The notes beneath the pieces were generated by a model. The model saw only the letters and a program-made list of their open reading frames with translations. It had not been told where the DNA came from and made no database searches. This document shows positions 9,148 to 18,502 of a DNA stretch of 64,000 nt, one piece after another. Where the stretch lies: positions 925,976 through 989,975 of the forward strand of contig JAWKIO010000005.1 of NCBI GenBank assembly GCA_041394265.1. The letters are read 5' to 3'. Source of the stretch: Acidimicrobiales bacterium (GTDB lineage Bacteria > Actinomycetota > Acidimicrobiia > Acidimicrobiales > SZUA-35). The translations under genes were made by a program, and so were the position numbers. The stretch's first letter is position 1; every line of letters begins with the position of its first letter.

Positions 9148-9917
9148 CGGAGGCGAGATGGACTCATGCGCAGGCCTCCGTCGATGCGGATGATCTCACC
9201 GTTGAGCATCGGGTTCTCGATGATGTGGCGGGCGAGCCGTCCGTATTCGGCGGGATTGCCGAACCGGGGTGGGAACGGGGTCGAGTCGGCCATTGCCTCA
9301 CCGAACTCGGGGGGCATCCCGGCGACCATCGGGGTCTCGAACGATCCGGGAGCGATCGACATCACCCGGACGCCCTCGGGTGCGAGGTCACGAGCCATCG
9401 GAAGTGTCATCCCCGCAACGCCGCCCTTCGACGCCGAGTAAGCGACACCGCCGTCGACGCCGTCGAACGCTGCGATCGAGGAGGTGGTGACGATCACCCC
9501 CCGCTCGCCGTCGTCGCCCAGGGGCTCGGCGTCTCGCAACTCCCAGGCGAAGAGCCGGCACAGGTTGAACGTGCCGGTCAGGTTCACGCGCACGACCCGC
9601 TCGAACAGCTCGAGATCATGAGGCTGGCGACGCCCGACCATCCGCTTCCCTGCCCCGATGCCGGCGCAGCAGACGAGCGCTCGCGGGACACCGAGTTCGG
9701 TGACGACTCGTTCGATTGCGACCACCGCCGAGTCGCCCGATCCGACGTCGCACGCAACGAAGAGTCCATCGATCTCCTTCGCCACCTCGGGACCACGCTC
9801 TCGGTTCATGTCGAGGATCGCCACCGATGCGCCTGCCGCCGCCAGCTCCCGGGCTGTCGCCTCACCCAATCCCGATGCGCCTCCGGTGACGACAGCAACT
9901 GCGTTCTCGAGCTCCAT
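9144..9917 (-). CDS. SDR family oxidoreductase (3-hydroxyacyl-CoA dehydrogenase type II-like)
   Basis: 257 aa. TGGASGLG cofactor motif and a YSASK catalytic motif. Its stop overlaps the P450 start by 4 nt (same operon). Confidence 0.9.
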   Translation of the reverse strand: MELENAVAVVTGGASGLGEATARELAAAGASVAILDMNRERGPEVAKEIDGLFVACDVGSGDSAVVAIERVVTELGVPRALVCCAGIGAGKRMVGRRQPHDLELFERVVRVNLTGTFNLCRLFAWELRDAEPLGDDGERGVIVTTSSIAAFDGVDGGVAYSASKGGVAGMTLPMARDLAPEGVRVMSIAPGSFETPMVAGMPPEFGEAMADSTPFPPRFGNPAEYGRLARHIIENPMLNGEIIRIDGGLRMSPSRLR

Positions 9918-9997
9918 CTGCGCACTCTAGAGGGTCGACCATCGCCGACCCAGACGAGGTTCGGGCGCGTGGGGCTCGATCTCGGTACGTTCTCACC

Positions 9998-10963
9998 GTG
10001 ACTCATCGCGTTGGCATCATCGGTCTCGGAACGGTCGGCTCCCGCTTCGTCGAGCAGTTCTCGCTGCATCCTGCCTTCGAGGTCGTCGCCGCATGGGACC
10101 CGGATCCCAGTGCCTGCGACGCTCGGGCGCACGCCGTCGACATCAAGCCGGGCCCGACAGAGGTCATCGATGCCGCCGACATGGTGTACATCGCCGTACC
10201 ACCCCTCTTCCACGGCCAGTACGTCGAGGCGTGCATCGCCGCAGGAAAGGCGATCTTCTGCGAGAAGCCGCTCGGGATCGATGTTGCGGCGAGTCGCAAG
10301 CTGGTCGACGACGTGTCAGCGAGCGGCCTGCCCGCAGCTGTCAACTTCGTCTTCGGGGCTGCGCCGTCGGCGCTCCGTCTCGTCGACGCCGTCGAGCGGG
10401 GCGAACTCGGCGAGATCGTGCGGTGCGACCTCCGTCTGCACTTCGCTCACTGGCCGCGCATCTGGCACCAGAAGGCAGCGTGGCTGGCGCTGCGAGACCA
10501 AGGCGGCTGGATTCGCGAAGTCGTCTCACACTTCCTCTTCCTCGCCGGGCGGCTGCTCGGACCGCTGACACTCGAGCATTCGTCGGTCTCGTTCCCCGAT
10601 GGCACCGATGGCGTGGCGGCCGAGTGCGACGCCGTTGCCCGTCTCACCTCCGATCGTGGTCCGCTGACGATGATCGGAACCAGCGAGGGAGTCGGACCCG
10701 ACGTCGTCGATCTGACGGTGCGAGGACGCAGTCGATCGCTCCGGGTCCTCGACTGGTACCGCTTGCAGGCCACCGACGGAGGCGAGTGGGCCGACCTCCT
10801 CGGCGACGATCGCCTCGCACTTGGAACGTCGGCCTACCACTCACAACTGGATCAGTTGGCTCGAATGCTCGACGGGGAATCGCACACACTCGCCAACTTC
10901 GCCGAGGCGCTGGCCGTCCAGGAACTGGTCGAGAGCATGCTCACCGTTCCACCACCGTCCTAG
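9998..10963 (+). CDS. Gfo/Idh/MocA family oxidoreductase
   Basis: 321 aa. N-terminal Rossmann motif VGIIGLGTVGSRF and a CEKPL motif typical of the family. Confidence 0.85.
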   Translation: MTHRVGIIGLGTVGSRFVEQFSLHPAFEVVAAWDPDPSACDARAHAVDIKPGPTEVIDAADMVYIAVPPLFHGQYVEACIAAGKAIFCEKPLGIDVAASRKLVDDVSASGLPAAVNFVFGAAPSALRLVDAVERGELGEIVRCDLRLHFAHWPRIWHQKAAWLALRDQGGWIREVVSHFLFLAGRLLGPLTLEHSSVSFPDGTDGVAAECDAVARLTSDRGPLTMIGTSEGVGPDVVDLTVRGRSRSLRVLDWYRLQATDGGEWADLLGDDRLALGTSAYHSQLDQLARMLDGESHTLANFAEALAVQELVESMLTVPPPS

Positions 10964-11589
10964 CGAATGGCGACACCCCAGTAGATGGGATGGGCGGGGT
11001 TGAGCTTGCTGCCGAGAGTGTCTCGGGTGGCACGAACCTCGGCGAAGCCGGCGGCCTCGATGGCGTCGACGGTGTCGGGAGCCGGATCGCACCCATCACC
11101 GACCAGACCCCACGGCCAACGAATGGCTCGCTGGAGTCCACGTACCACCGGCTGCTCGGACGCCACGTGTTCGATGAAGAGGAAGCGGCCACCGGGCTCG
11201 AGAATCCGGTGGATCTCGCGCACCATGGCGATCTGATCGCCGACACTGCAGAGCACCAGGGTCGAAACAACAGCGGCGACGCTGCCATCGGCCAACCCCG
11301 CCTCCCGAAGGTCGTCCGATCGGATCTCGAGTTGGATCCCCGCGTCGACAGCAGCCCGGCGCAGACCATCGTGCATCGCCCGATTCGGCTCAAACGCCAG
11401 CACCGACGCGCCCGCCGGATAGCGGCGGAAGTTCGAACCGAGGCCCGGTCCGATCTCGATGATCCGGTCGGGCAGCGCCACGAGGGTCTCGTCCTTGTGC
11501 GGGCGGAACGTCGCGTCGATACCGCCGGCCAGATGGGACCAACAACGAGCGAAGAACCGGTCCTGCCAGCCGGGCGTGGTCGTGTTCAT
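10960..11589 (-). CDS. class I SAM-dependent methyltransferase
   Basis: Motif I IIEIGPGLGSN and post-I/II motifs (VVSTLVLCSV...LEPGGRFLFIEHV). I prefer the ATG at 11589 (MNTTTPGWQDRFF) over the track start at 11646. Confidence 0.85.
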   Translation of the reverse strand: MNTTTPGWQDRFFARCWSHLAGGIDATFRPHKDETLVALPDRIIEIGPGLGSNFRRYPAGASVLAFEPNRAMHDGLRRAAVDAGIQLEIRSDDLREAGLADGSVAAVVSTLVLCSVGDQIAMVREIHRILEPGGRFLFIEHVASEQPVVRGLQRAIRWPWGLVGDGCDPAPDTVDAIEAAGFAEVRATRDTLGSKLNPAHPIYWGVAIR

Positions 11590-11669
11590 GTGCGTGAGGG
11601 TACGGCCTCCGAACGGCGTGGGCCGCAGCCCAACTGGGGCGCGCACCGCCGGACCAGTAGGGTGCGACG

Positions 11670-12335
11670 ATGCGTGTCAACGTCACCACTGCCGGATCCG
11701 GCCCACCCATCGTCCTCCTGCACGGCATCGGGTCGAGCTCCGCCACCTGGGCGACCGGCATGTCACTGCTGCAGGATCGTTACACGGTGGCTGCCATCGA
11801 CCTCATGGGCCACGGAGCCTCACCGGTTCCCGACGATCCGGCCGAATACACACGTGACCGTGCCCTCGATGACATCGACGAACTGCTCGCCACCTTCGAC
11901 GAGCCGGCCGTGCTCGTCGGCCACTCGCTCGGCGGCTACCTGGCCCTGGCCCATGCGGCAACAAGGCCCGGTGTGGCCCGTGGCGTCGTGGTGCTCAACA
12001 CCGGCCCAGGGTTCCGTGATCCGGAGAAGCGAGAGGCGTGGAACGACCGCTCGCGCCGGAACGCCCACCGTTTCGGCGTGGTGCCGCAAGCCGCCGAACT
12101 CAACTTGCAGGAGGACTCGGTGGTCATGGATCGTGTGGCCGAGACGGCAACCCCGACCCTGGTGTTGGCCGGCGACGCCGACCGTCCCGAGTACGCAGGC
12201 GCCGGGCAGTACCTCGAGCGCAAGATGCCGAACGCTCGGTTCGTCTCGATCGCCGGTGGCGAGCACGCCATGCACGAGGACTCCCACGCCCAAGAGGTCG
12301 CCGACCTCATCGCCGAGTTCATCGAGGGTCTGTGA
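11670..12335 (+). CDS. alpha/beta hydrolase
   Basis: 221 aa. HG oxyanion motif (VLLHGIGSS), nucleophile elbow GHSLGG and a C-terminal His region. Confidence 0.85.
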   Translation: MRVNVTTAGSGPPIVLLHGIGSSSATWATGMSLLQDRYTVAAIDLMGHGASPVPDDPAEYTRDRALDDIDELLATFDEPAVLVGHSLGGYLALAHAATRPGVARGVVVLNTGPGFRDPEKREAWNDRSRRNAHRFGVVPQAAELNLQEDSVVMDRVAETATPTLVLAGDADRPEYAGAGQYLERKMPNARFVSIAGGEHAMHEDSHAQEVADLIAEFIEGL

Positions 12336-12967
12336 CCACGGGCAGCGGTGAGCAACAGCCACCGCTCATCGTCGGACTCACCGGTGGGATCGGCGCCGGC
12401 AAGTCGACCGTCGCCCGGGCCTTGGCCGAGCATGGGGCCGAGGTGATCGACATGGACGGTCTCGGCCACCTCGTGCTCGAGCCGGGCGGTCGGGCCTATC
12501 ACGCACTCATCGACGCGTTCGGTCCCGAGATCGTCGCCGACGACGGAACGATCAGCCGACCGGCGCTCGGCGGCAAGGTCTTCGGTGACCCCGAGGCGCT
12601 GGCCCGTCTCAACGCGATCAGCCACCCAGCTATCAACGCCGAACTCCTCGATCGACTGCAGGCGAGCACCAGTGAGATCGTCGTGCTCGACATGGCCATC
12701 CTCGTGGAGAGCCAACTCGGTCGCCTCGACCCGCCTTGGGGCTACACCACGGTCATCACCGTGGAGGCGCCGGTGGAGCTGCGCGTGACCCGAGCGGTCG
12801 AGCGCGGGATGGACGAGGCCGATGCACGTCGTCGAGTGGAGCGGCAGGCCTCCGAAGAGGATCGTCGAGCCGTCGCCGATCGGGTCATCACCAATGCTGC
12901 CGACGAGGCCGCACTTCGAGCGGAAGTCGATGCTTGCTGGACGTGGCTCTGTTCGCTTCGCGACTGA
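12332..12967 (+). CDS. coaE: dephospho-CoA kinase
   Basis: GTG 12332 overlaps the upstream TGA (GTGA). P-loop IVGLTGGIGAGKST, plus ...AISHPAI... typical of CoaE. The rest of track ORF 12038-12967 upstream is an Arg-rich out-of-frame read of the hydrolase gene. Confidence 0.85.
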   Translation: MTTGSGEQQPPLIVGLTGGIGAGKSTVARALAEHGAEVIDMDGLGHLVLEPGGRAYHALIDAFGPEIVADDGTISRPALGGKVFGDPEALARLNAISHPAINAELLDRLQASTSEIVVLDMAILVESQLGRLDPPWGYTTVITVEAPVELRVTRAVERGMDEADARRRVERQASEEDRRAVADRVITNAADEAALRAEVDACWTWLCSLRD

Positions 12968-12976
12968 CGTCGACCG

Positions 12977-14428
12977 TCAGGCGTCGGTGTCCGACCCATC
13001 GCCAGCCGTTACCGACGCTGGCCGCTTCCGCAGCGGTCCGGTCCGTCCGATCGAGCTGACAAAGCCCAGCCCGATCATCGCGACGACCATGGCAGCCACG
13101 TACGCCCGCCCGAAGGCCGTGGTGGTGGCGACGCCGCCGTAGACCGCAACGAGCAGGGAGATGCCGAGCGCGTTGCCCACCTGCTGCACCATCCGTTGGG
13201 TGGCGGTCGCCATCCCGATGGAGTCGTCGTCGACCGAATTCACGTAGATCGCACCGATCGACGGGCCCAGCGTTCCCATGGAGATGCCCTGGAGCACGAG
13301 GGCGACGGCGACGAGCGCGACGATCTCTCGGAAGGCAGCAATCGAGAACACTCCCATCGAGATCGTGAGGAGGACGACTCCGGACAGCGCCGCTCGTTGC
13401 TCCCCCACCTTGGCGCCGAGCTGACCTCCGACCGGCGAGGACAGGCTCAGCGCCGCCGGCCGCAACAGCATCATGAGCGCGACGGCCGACAGCTCCCATC
13501 GCAGCACGCCCCGCATCATCAGCGGTGTGACGACGAACGCCCCCATGTAGGCCGCGCTCGTGAAGAACTCGGTCCCGAGCGGCAGCACGAAGTGAGGGCG
13601 TCGAAGCAAGCCGAGTGGGAGCAGCGGTGATTCGGCTCGCCGTTCGACGGCGACGAACGCGAACCCGAAGACCGGTCCGAATCCGGCGGCCAGCAGCACC
13701 GCCGGATGTGTCCATCCCCACGCTCGACCTTGGGTCAGCGCAAACATGACGCCGCCGGCCGAGAGGGCCAGGGTGAGTGCGCCCAGCAAGTCGAAACTCC
13801 GTGACCCGTCGCTGGCCTCGACCTCCTCCAGCACGAACCAGGCAATGACCACGGGAAGGACCGAGAAGACCGCCTGGGCAACGAACACGTAGCGCCAACC
13901 GATCAGCTCGACCAGAGGCCCGCCGGCCGCGAGACCGAGGGCCGGCGATCCTGCGCCGACGAGTGACCACCAGCCCATGGCCTTCACCCGTTCTCGGCGA
14001 GGGATCTCGCGCATGATCAGCGCCATCGAACTCGGTCCGGTGCCGGCACCAATGACCTGCGACAGGGTGCGGAAGGCGATGAGCGAGAGGGCCGACCATG
14101 CCGCGGCCGTGAGCGCAGCGGTGACCGCCGACAGGAAGAAGCCGACCAGGAACACCCGGCGCTGGCCGATGATGTCGCCGAGTCGACCGAGAAGCGGAAG
14201 CGCGACCGCACCGGCGAGCATGGGCGCCGACACCACCCAGGCGATGGTGGTTTCCGAGGTGTCGAAGTCCTTGGCGATGTCGCCGAGCGACACGGTCAGG
14301 ATCGTGACGGGGAACGAGGTCGCAAAAACACCGACCAGACAGGTGATCAGCACCCATCGTTGGTAGGCGCCCCTGGCTCGCAGCCCAGCGACGGTGTCGG
14401 CGCGTCGCTGCTGCAGGGAAGTGGCCAC
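12977..14428 (-). CDS. MFS transporter, DHA2 (14-TMS, EmrB/QacA-like)
   Basis: 483 aa polytopic protein. MFS motif A-like GRLGDIIGQRRVF after TM2. Length fits the 14-TMS drug:H+ antiporter family. Confidence 0.85.
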   Translation of the reverse strand: MATSLQQRRADTVAGLRARGAYQRWVLITCLVGVFATSFPVTILTVSLGDIAKDFDTSETTIAWVVSAPMLAGAVALPLLGRLGDIIGQRRVFLVGFFLSAVTAALTAAAWSALSLIAFRTLSQVIGAGTGPSSMALIMREIPRRERVKAMGWWSLVGAGSPALGLAAGGPLVELIGWRYVFVAQAVFSVLPVVIAWFVLEEVEASDGSRSFDLLGALTLALSAGGVMFALTQGRAWGWTHPAVLLAAGFGPVFGFAFVAVERRAESPLLPLGLLRRPHFVLPLGTEFFTSAAYMGAFVVTPLMMRGVLRWELSAVALMMLLRPAALSLSSPVGGQLGAKVGEQRAALSGVVLLTISMGVFSIAAFREIVALVAVALVLQGISMGTLGPSIGAIYVNSVDDDSIGMATATQRMVQQVGNALGISLLVAVYGGVATTTAFGRAYVAAMVVAMIGLGFVSSIGRTGPLRKRPASVTAGDGSDTDA

Positions 14429-14503
14429 CGGCGCAGGCTACGCCCACCGCCGATGGCACCGACACTTCGACCCGCCGGCAGGCGAGGGTGTATACACAGC
14501 GTC

Positions 14504-15391
14504 ATGACGACCGATGCATCAGACGCTCCCGCCTCCGAGCCCACGCCGAGCGACTCACCAAATCGTGAGTGGAGCCGGGTGCGCTACGACGAGCCGGCCC
14601 CGGGCGTCGGACGCATCACGCTCGCACGGGCCGAGGCCGCCAACGCCCAGGACTACCAGATGCTGAGCGAACTCAACGAGGCGTTCGACGTTGCGGCTCG
14701 CGCCACCAACATCCGCGTCATCGTCCTTGCCGCCGACGGCAAACACTTCTCATCGGGTCACGACCTGCGCGACACCACCGACATCAACGATCTGCCGACG
14801 ATCGGCACCCAGTGCCATTTCGATGCACCCGGCGCCGAGGGCTACATGGCCCGGGAGGCCGAGATGTATGTGGGCCTGTGTTGGCGCTGGCGCAACCTCC
14901 CGAAACCGACGATCGCTTCGGTCCAGGGCAAGGTGATCGCCGGCGGATTGATGCTGGTGTGGCCGATGGACCTCATCATCTGCGCCGACGACGCCACGTT
15001 CTCCGATCCGGTCGTCGCCTTCGGCGTGAACGGCCACGAGTACTTCACCCATCCCTACGAGGTCGGGGCACGGCTCGCCAAGGAGATGCTCTTCACCGGC
15101 CGGGCGATCACCGCCGAAGAAGCCCATCGCCACGGCATGGTCACCAAGGTGGTGCCGCGTGACGAGCTGGAGTCCGCCACACTCGAGATGGCGGCCCACA
15201 TCGCCAAGCGCCCCATGATCGGGTTGACCCTCGCCAAGCAGAGCGTGAACAACACGCTCGATGCGATGGGCATGTACACCTCGCTCCAGTCGGCCTTCGG
15301 CCTCCACCATGTTGGCCACAGTCACAACAAGCTCATGTTCGACTCACTGGTCGACCCGAGCGGGGTCGACGTCATCCGCTCCGAAGCCTGA
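14504..15391 (+). CDS. enoyl-CoA hydratase/isomerase (crotonase) family protein
   Basis: From ATG 14504 (MTTDASD...). Crotonase signature regions: RVIVLAADGKHFSSGHDL, VQGKVIAGGLMLV. Confidence 0.85.
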   Translation: MTTDASDAPASEPTPSDSPNREWSRVRYDEPAPGVGRITLARAEAANAQDYQMLSELNEAFDVAARATNIRVIVLAADGKHFSSGHDLRDTTDINDLPTIGTQCHFDAPGAEGYMAREAEMYVGLCWRWRNLPKPTIASVQGKVIAGGLMLVWPMDLIICADDATFSDPVVAFGVNGHEYFTHPYEVGARLAKEMLFTGRAITAEEAHRHGMVTKVVPRDELESATLEMAAHIAKRPMIGLTLAKQSVNNTLDAMGMYTSLQSAFGLHHVGHSHNKLMFDSLVDPSGVDVIRSEA

Positions 15392-15526
15392 CCCGGACCG
15401 AACCCTCGGGGCTGCGTCCAAAACGCCACAACCTCCGGGGTTGCGCGTCGCTCCTCGTACGGTGCCCCGGAGCTTGGCTGGGATTGGACGGAGGCCCGAA
15501 GGTTGGCAGCGCTGGTATTGCGGGGC

Positions 15527-15566
15527 GGAAGCCGGCGGTGCGGTGTGGAAGCCGGCGGTGCGGTGT
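15527..15566. repeat. 20-bp tandem duplication (GGAAGCCGGCGGTGCGGTGT x2) in an intergenic region
   Basis: Identical copies at 15527-15546 and 15547-15566, followed by a partial GGAGCGG. Confidence 0.8.
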
Positions 15567-15580
15567 GGAGCGGAGCTCCG

Positions 15581-15940
15581 TCAGAGGCGTTGGTTGAACT
15601 CGACGAGGTTGCCGGACGGGTCGGAGCAGAACGTCTGGTGGCAGATGCCGTCCATGGTCGAGACCCGACCGGTCTTCACCCCGGCAGCATCGAGTTCGGT
15701 GACGACGGCCGCGATGTCGGCCACCTCGAACGCGAAGTGCTGACCCTTTCCCTCGGGCATGTCATTGAGCAAGAGGTGGATCTGACGACCGTCGGGGCAG
15801 CTCAGCCAGCGACCGGGGACAGCGATCGCATCGTCGGGCCGGTCGAGCAGCTCGAGCCCAAGGGTGTCGGTGTAGAAGGCGACGGTCTGGTCGAGATCAC
15901 TCACATTGATCGACACATGATGCACACCACGTAGCTCCAT
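15581..15940 (-). CDS. VOC/glyoxalase family protein
   Basis: From ATG 15940: MELRGVHHVSINVSDLDQTVAFYTDTLGLELL..., the typical glyoxalase-fold N-terminus. 119 aa. The track start at 16075 is an extension across the intergenic region. Confidence 0.8.
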   Translation of the reverse strand: MELRGVHHVSINVSDLDQTVAFYTDTLGLELLDRPDDAIAVPGRWLSCPDGRQIHLLLNDMPEGKGQHFAFEVADIAAVVTELDAAGVKTGRVSTMDGICHQTFCSDPSGNLVEFNQRL

Positions 15941-16020
15941 GGGCCGCACCCTACACGAGGGCCCGCTGCCGCCCGCCATGACACGAGGGCCGCTGCCGCC
16001 CACCAGGTCGGACATTTCAC

Positions 16021-16059
16021 TTGACATGTTGGAAAGTGAAGTATTCAATTTCCAACATG
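16021..16059 (+). promoter_or_regulatory. promoter plus operator: TTGACA -35, TATTCA -10-like, and inverted repeat CATGTTGGAAA-N13-TTTCCAACATG
   Basis: Perfect 11-bp arms at 16025-16035 and 16049-16059. The right arm contains the ATG (16057) of the downstream membrane-protein gene. TTGACA lies at 16021-16026 and TATTCA at 16042-16047 (15-nt spacer). The stretch is locally AT-rich in a GC-rich genome. Confidence 0.5.
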
Positions 16060-16524
16060 GAATCTGAAGCGGCACCCACTCCCCTCACGCAACTTGACGA
16101 TCTGCGCAAGGCACAGGTCCTTGCCCACACCCGATACCCGAAGCTCGGCCCGTGGTATCCACCACTGTTCGGCGCGGCGGCCGCCGGATGGGTGGCTGCC
16201 TATGCGCTCCCGGTGTGGGGTTCGTTGTTGGTCTGGGTCGTGCTGGGATCAACGGCCGGCGCCCTGATGCGTTGGTACGTCGCCAAGCGGGGTGCAGCAC
16301 CGAATCCCATGCAGGCGCCCGCCCCGATCAAGCACGAGATGGTGATCTACCTCGTGGGCCTGACGATCCTCATCGGGGCGATCCTCGCCGCCTACCTGGC
16401 GATCGGCTGGTGGGCAGGAGCGCTGGTTGCGTTCGTCGGGTTCACGATCGGCATTGCGGTCTATGAGCGTCGCTACGCCGAGGCCGCCCATCGCGCCGAG
16501 GTCGAGGCAGGGATCACCGCATGA
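16057..16524 (+). CDS. hypothetical integral membrane protein (about 4 TMS)
   Basis: From ATG 16057 (MESEAAPTPLTQLDD...). Hydrophobic segments AAAAGWVAAYALPVWGSLLVWVVLGSTAGAL and VIYLVGLTILIGAILAAYLAIGWWAGALVAFVGFTIGIAV. High GC3. Confidence 0.65.
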   Translation: MESEAAPTPLTQLDDLRKAQVLAHTRYPKLGPWYPPLFGAAAAGWVAAYALPVWGSLLVWVVLGSTAGALMRWYVAKRGAAPNPMQAPAPIKHEMVIYLVGLTILIGAILAAYLAIGWWAGALVAFVGFTIGIAVYERRYAEAAHRAEVEAGITA

Positions 16525-16549
16525 CCATCGACGAGCCCGAGGTCCTCCG

Positions 16550-16867
16550 ATGAGCCTCGATGACCTCGATCCGCTGCTCACCCAGCCCAAGCGGCTCGCA
16601 GCGCTCGGCGTGCTGGCGAACTCCAAGAACACCGAGTTCGCCTTCCTGCGTGAGGTGCTGGGCCTCAGCGACTCCGACCTGTCGAAACAGATGAGCGCCC
16701 TCACCGAGGCCGGCTACGTCACCGTCAAGAAGACGGGGCGAGGCCGGGACCGCCAGACCTGGTTCAAGATCACCAAGGACGGTCGATCGGCGATGCAGGG
16801 ACACGTCGATGCACTCAACGCGCTGGTGGCTGCGGCGCCCACCGCGCCCGACATGGTCGACAGCTGA
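16550..16867 (+). CDS. winged-helix transcriptional regulator (HTH_34/PadR-MarR-like)
   Basis: From ATG 16550: MSLDDLDPLLTQPKRLAALGVLANSKNTEFAFLREVLGLSDSDLSKQMSALTEAGYVTVKKTGRGRDRQTWFKITKDGR, a typical wHTH pattern. 25 nt downstream of the membrane-protein gene. Confidence 0.75.
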   Translation: MSLDDLDPLLTQPKRLAALGVLANSKNTEFAFLREVLGLSDSDLSKQMSALTEAGYVTVKKTGRGRDRQTWFKITKDGRSAMQGHVDALNALVAAAPTAPDMVDS

Positions 16868-16879
16868 GGCGGTCGCGCC

Positions 16880-18502
16880 TCAGCCCCCGTAGCCGATCCA
16901 CGCTCCCTGAGCGGCCTCGACGATCGACGGGTCGAGGATGGTCGAGGGCCGGGTGTCGACGTTCGAGCGGGCGACGTCGGGCGAGAAGTTCTGGGCCGCG
17001 GCGAACATCGCGGCAGTGAGGAACCGGTTGTCGGGCAGGGCCACGAACGTCGTCGGAGGCAACGAGTCGAGCGTGGCGAGGTGGAAGCCCCAATCGCCGA
17101 ATGACGGCACGTCGACGTGATACGGCAGCGTGACGAAGCCAGCCGCCTCGAGCGTGTCGGCACAGGTCCAGAACGCCTCGGGAGCAAAGAACGGCGATCC
17201 ACACTGGACGACGACCCGACCGTTGGGCCGCAGCAGTCGCCCCACTCGCTCGTACAACTCCACCGAGTAGAGCCGGCCCAATGCTGGAGTGTCGGGATCG
17301 GGGAAGTCGACGATCACCGCGTCGAAACCGACACGACCCTCGCTTGCCCTCCGGTCGACCCAGGTGAAGGCGTCGTCGTTGACGATCTGGAGGCGAGGAT
17401 CGTCGCACGCACCATTCGGGAGCACCGCCAGTTCCGGCACCGTACGCATCAACTCGACCACGCCGGAATCCAGCTCCACCATCGTGATCGACTCGACCTC
17501 GGGATGGCGCAAGATCTCTCGCGCCGCCAGGCAGTCGCCACCACCGAGGATCAGCACGTTGGCGGCGCCGGTCACGGCCGGATGCACCAGCGCCTCGTGG
17601 TAGCGGAACTCGTCGACACTCGACAGCTGGAGATCACCGTCGAGGAAGAGACGCGTGTCGACCACACCACCAGGGTGGGTTCGGGAGGTGACGACCAATT
17701 CCTGGATGCCGGAGTCGACGGCGGCCACGATCGGATCGCGGAACTGGGCCTGCTGGCCGTCGGCCACGATCGTCGGCGACACCAGCGCCAATGCGGCCAG
17801 CGCGCCGGCGCCACCGACGAGCAATGGCACCACCCGACGAGGGTCGGAGCCAGGGACGATCAACGCAACGGCCGCCGCCGCCAACAGGTTGACCACGGCC
17901 ACCAGCACCGTGCCCTCGACGATGCCGAAGAACGGTCGAACCACGAAGGCGAACGCGATGGCGCCGACGAGGGCACCGAAATAATCAGCGGCGGTGTAGT
18001 CGGCCACGACCTTGGTTGGCGATTGGGCAGCCAGCCGCTCGTTCAACGCCGCAAGGAGTGGCATCTCGGCTCCAATGCACACGCCGATCGCGAAGGCCAC
18101 ACCAAGCAGCGGACCCCAGAAGGCGTCGAGTCGGGCCCAGGTCCAGTAGAGCAGCGGTGCGGCGCCGGCGCCGAGGAGCGCCAACACCATCTCGACCCGG
18201 ATGAAGGCCGCCACCGGCCGGCCGGCCCAGCGGCCACCATTCGTTGCCCCGACCCCCATCCCGAGCATGGCGGTACCGAGCACGATGGCGTTGGCCCGCT
18301 CGGTACTGCCGATGGTCACCGTACCCAGCAGCATCAGCGACAGTTCGTAGGCGACGCCAGCCCCGGCGATGACGGCCGCGACGAAGAGCAGGAGCCGCCG
18401 GCGCCGGATCAGTTCGGCGCCGGAAGTCGACGGTTCGACGAGGTCAGGAGATGGCGGCGGCAACGACGAGAGCCAAGCCGATCTCGGCCCCGACCGCAAC
18501 AC
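16880..18502 (-). CDS. membrane-anchored spermidine synthase-like protein (polyamine aminopropyltransferase family)
   Basis: 540 aa. The N-terminal ~200 aa are polytopic. The C-terminal domain carries VLILGGGDCLAAREILRHP...VELD...DAVIVDFPDP, the SpeE-type methyltransferase-fold motifs. The start at 18502 overlaps the DUF350 gene by 59 nt and I saw no alternative ATG/GTG. Confidence 0.85.
   Translation of the reverse strand: MLRSGPRSAWLSSLPPPSPDLVEPSTSGAELIRRRRLLLFVAAVIAGAGVAYELSLMLLGTVTIGSTERANAIVLGTAMLGMGVGATNGGRWAGRPVAAFIRVEMVLALLGAGAAPLLYWTWARLDAFWGPLLGVAFAIGVCIGAEMPLLAALNERLAAQSPTKVVADYTAADYFGALVGAIAFAFVVRPFFGIVEGTVLVAVVNLLAAAAVALIVPGSDPRRVVPLLVGGAGALAALALVSPTIVADGQQAQFRDPIVAAVDSGIQELVVTSRTHPGGVVDTRLFLDGDLQLSSVDEFRYHEALVHPAVTGAANVLILGGGDCLAAREILRHPEVESITMVELDSGVVELMRTVPELAVLPNGACDDPRLQIVNDDAFTWVDRRASEGRVGFDAVIVDFPDPDTPALGRLYSVELYERVGRLLRPNGRVVVQCGSPFFAPEAFWTCADTLEAAGFVTLPYHVDVPSFGDWGFHLATLDSLPPTTFVALPDNRFLTAAMFAAAQNFSPDVARSNVDTRPSTILDPSIVEAAQGAWIGYGG

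Noticed and set aside
10093-12351. 752-aa plus-strand ORF
   Set aside because: Extremely Arg/Pro/Ser-rich. It runs across four well-supported genes on both strands (Gfo/Idh/MocA, methyltransferase, hydrolase, coaE start). It is an alternative-frame artefact.
14488-14497. 10-bp palindrome GTGTATACAC just upstream of the enoyl-CoA hydratase start
   Set aside because: It is short and may simply be the AT-rich -10 region of a leaderless promoter. That is insufficient to call an operator.
18444-18502. 59-nt overlap between the DUF350 gene end and the SpeE-like gene start; I looked for a later start
   Set aside because: I found no in-frame ATG or GTG between 18502 and the first transmembrane segment, so I kept 18502. 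A non-canonical CTG/TTG start cannot be excluded.
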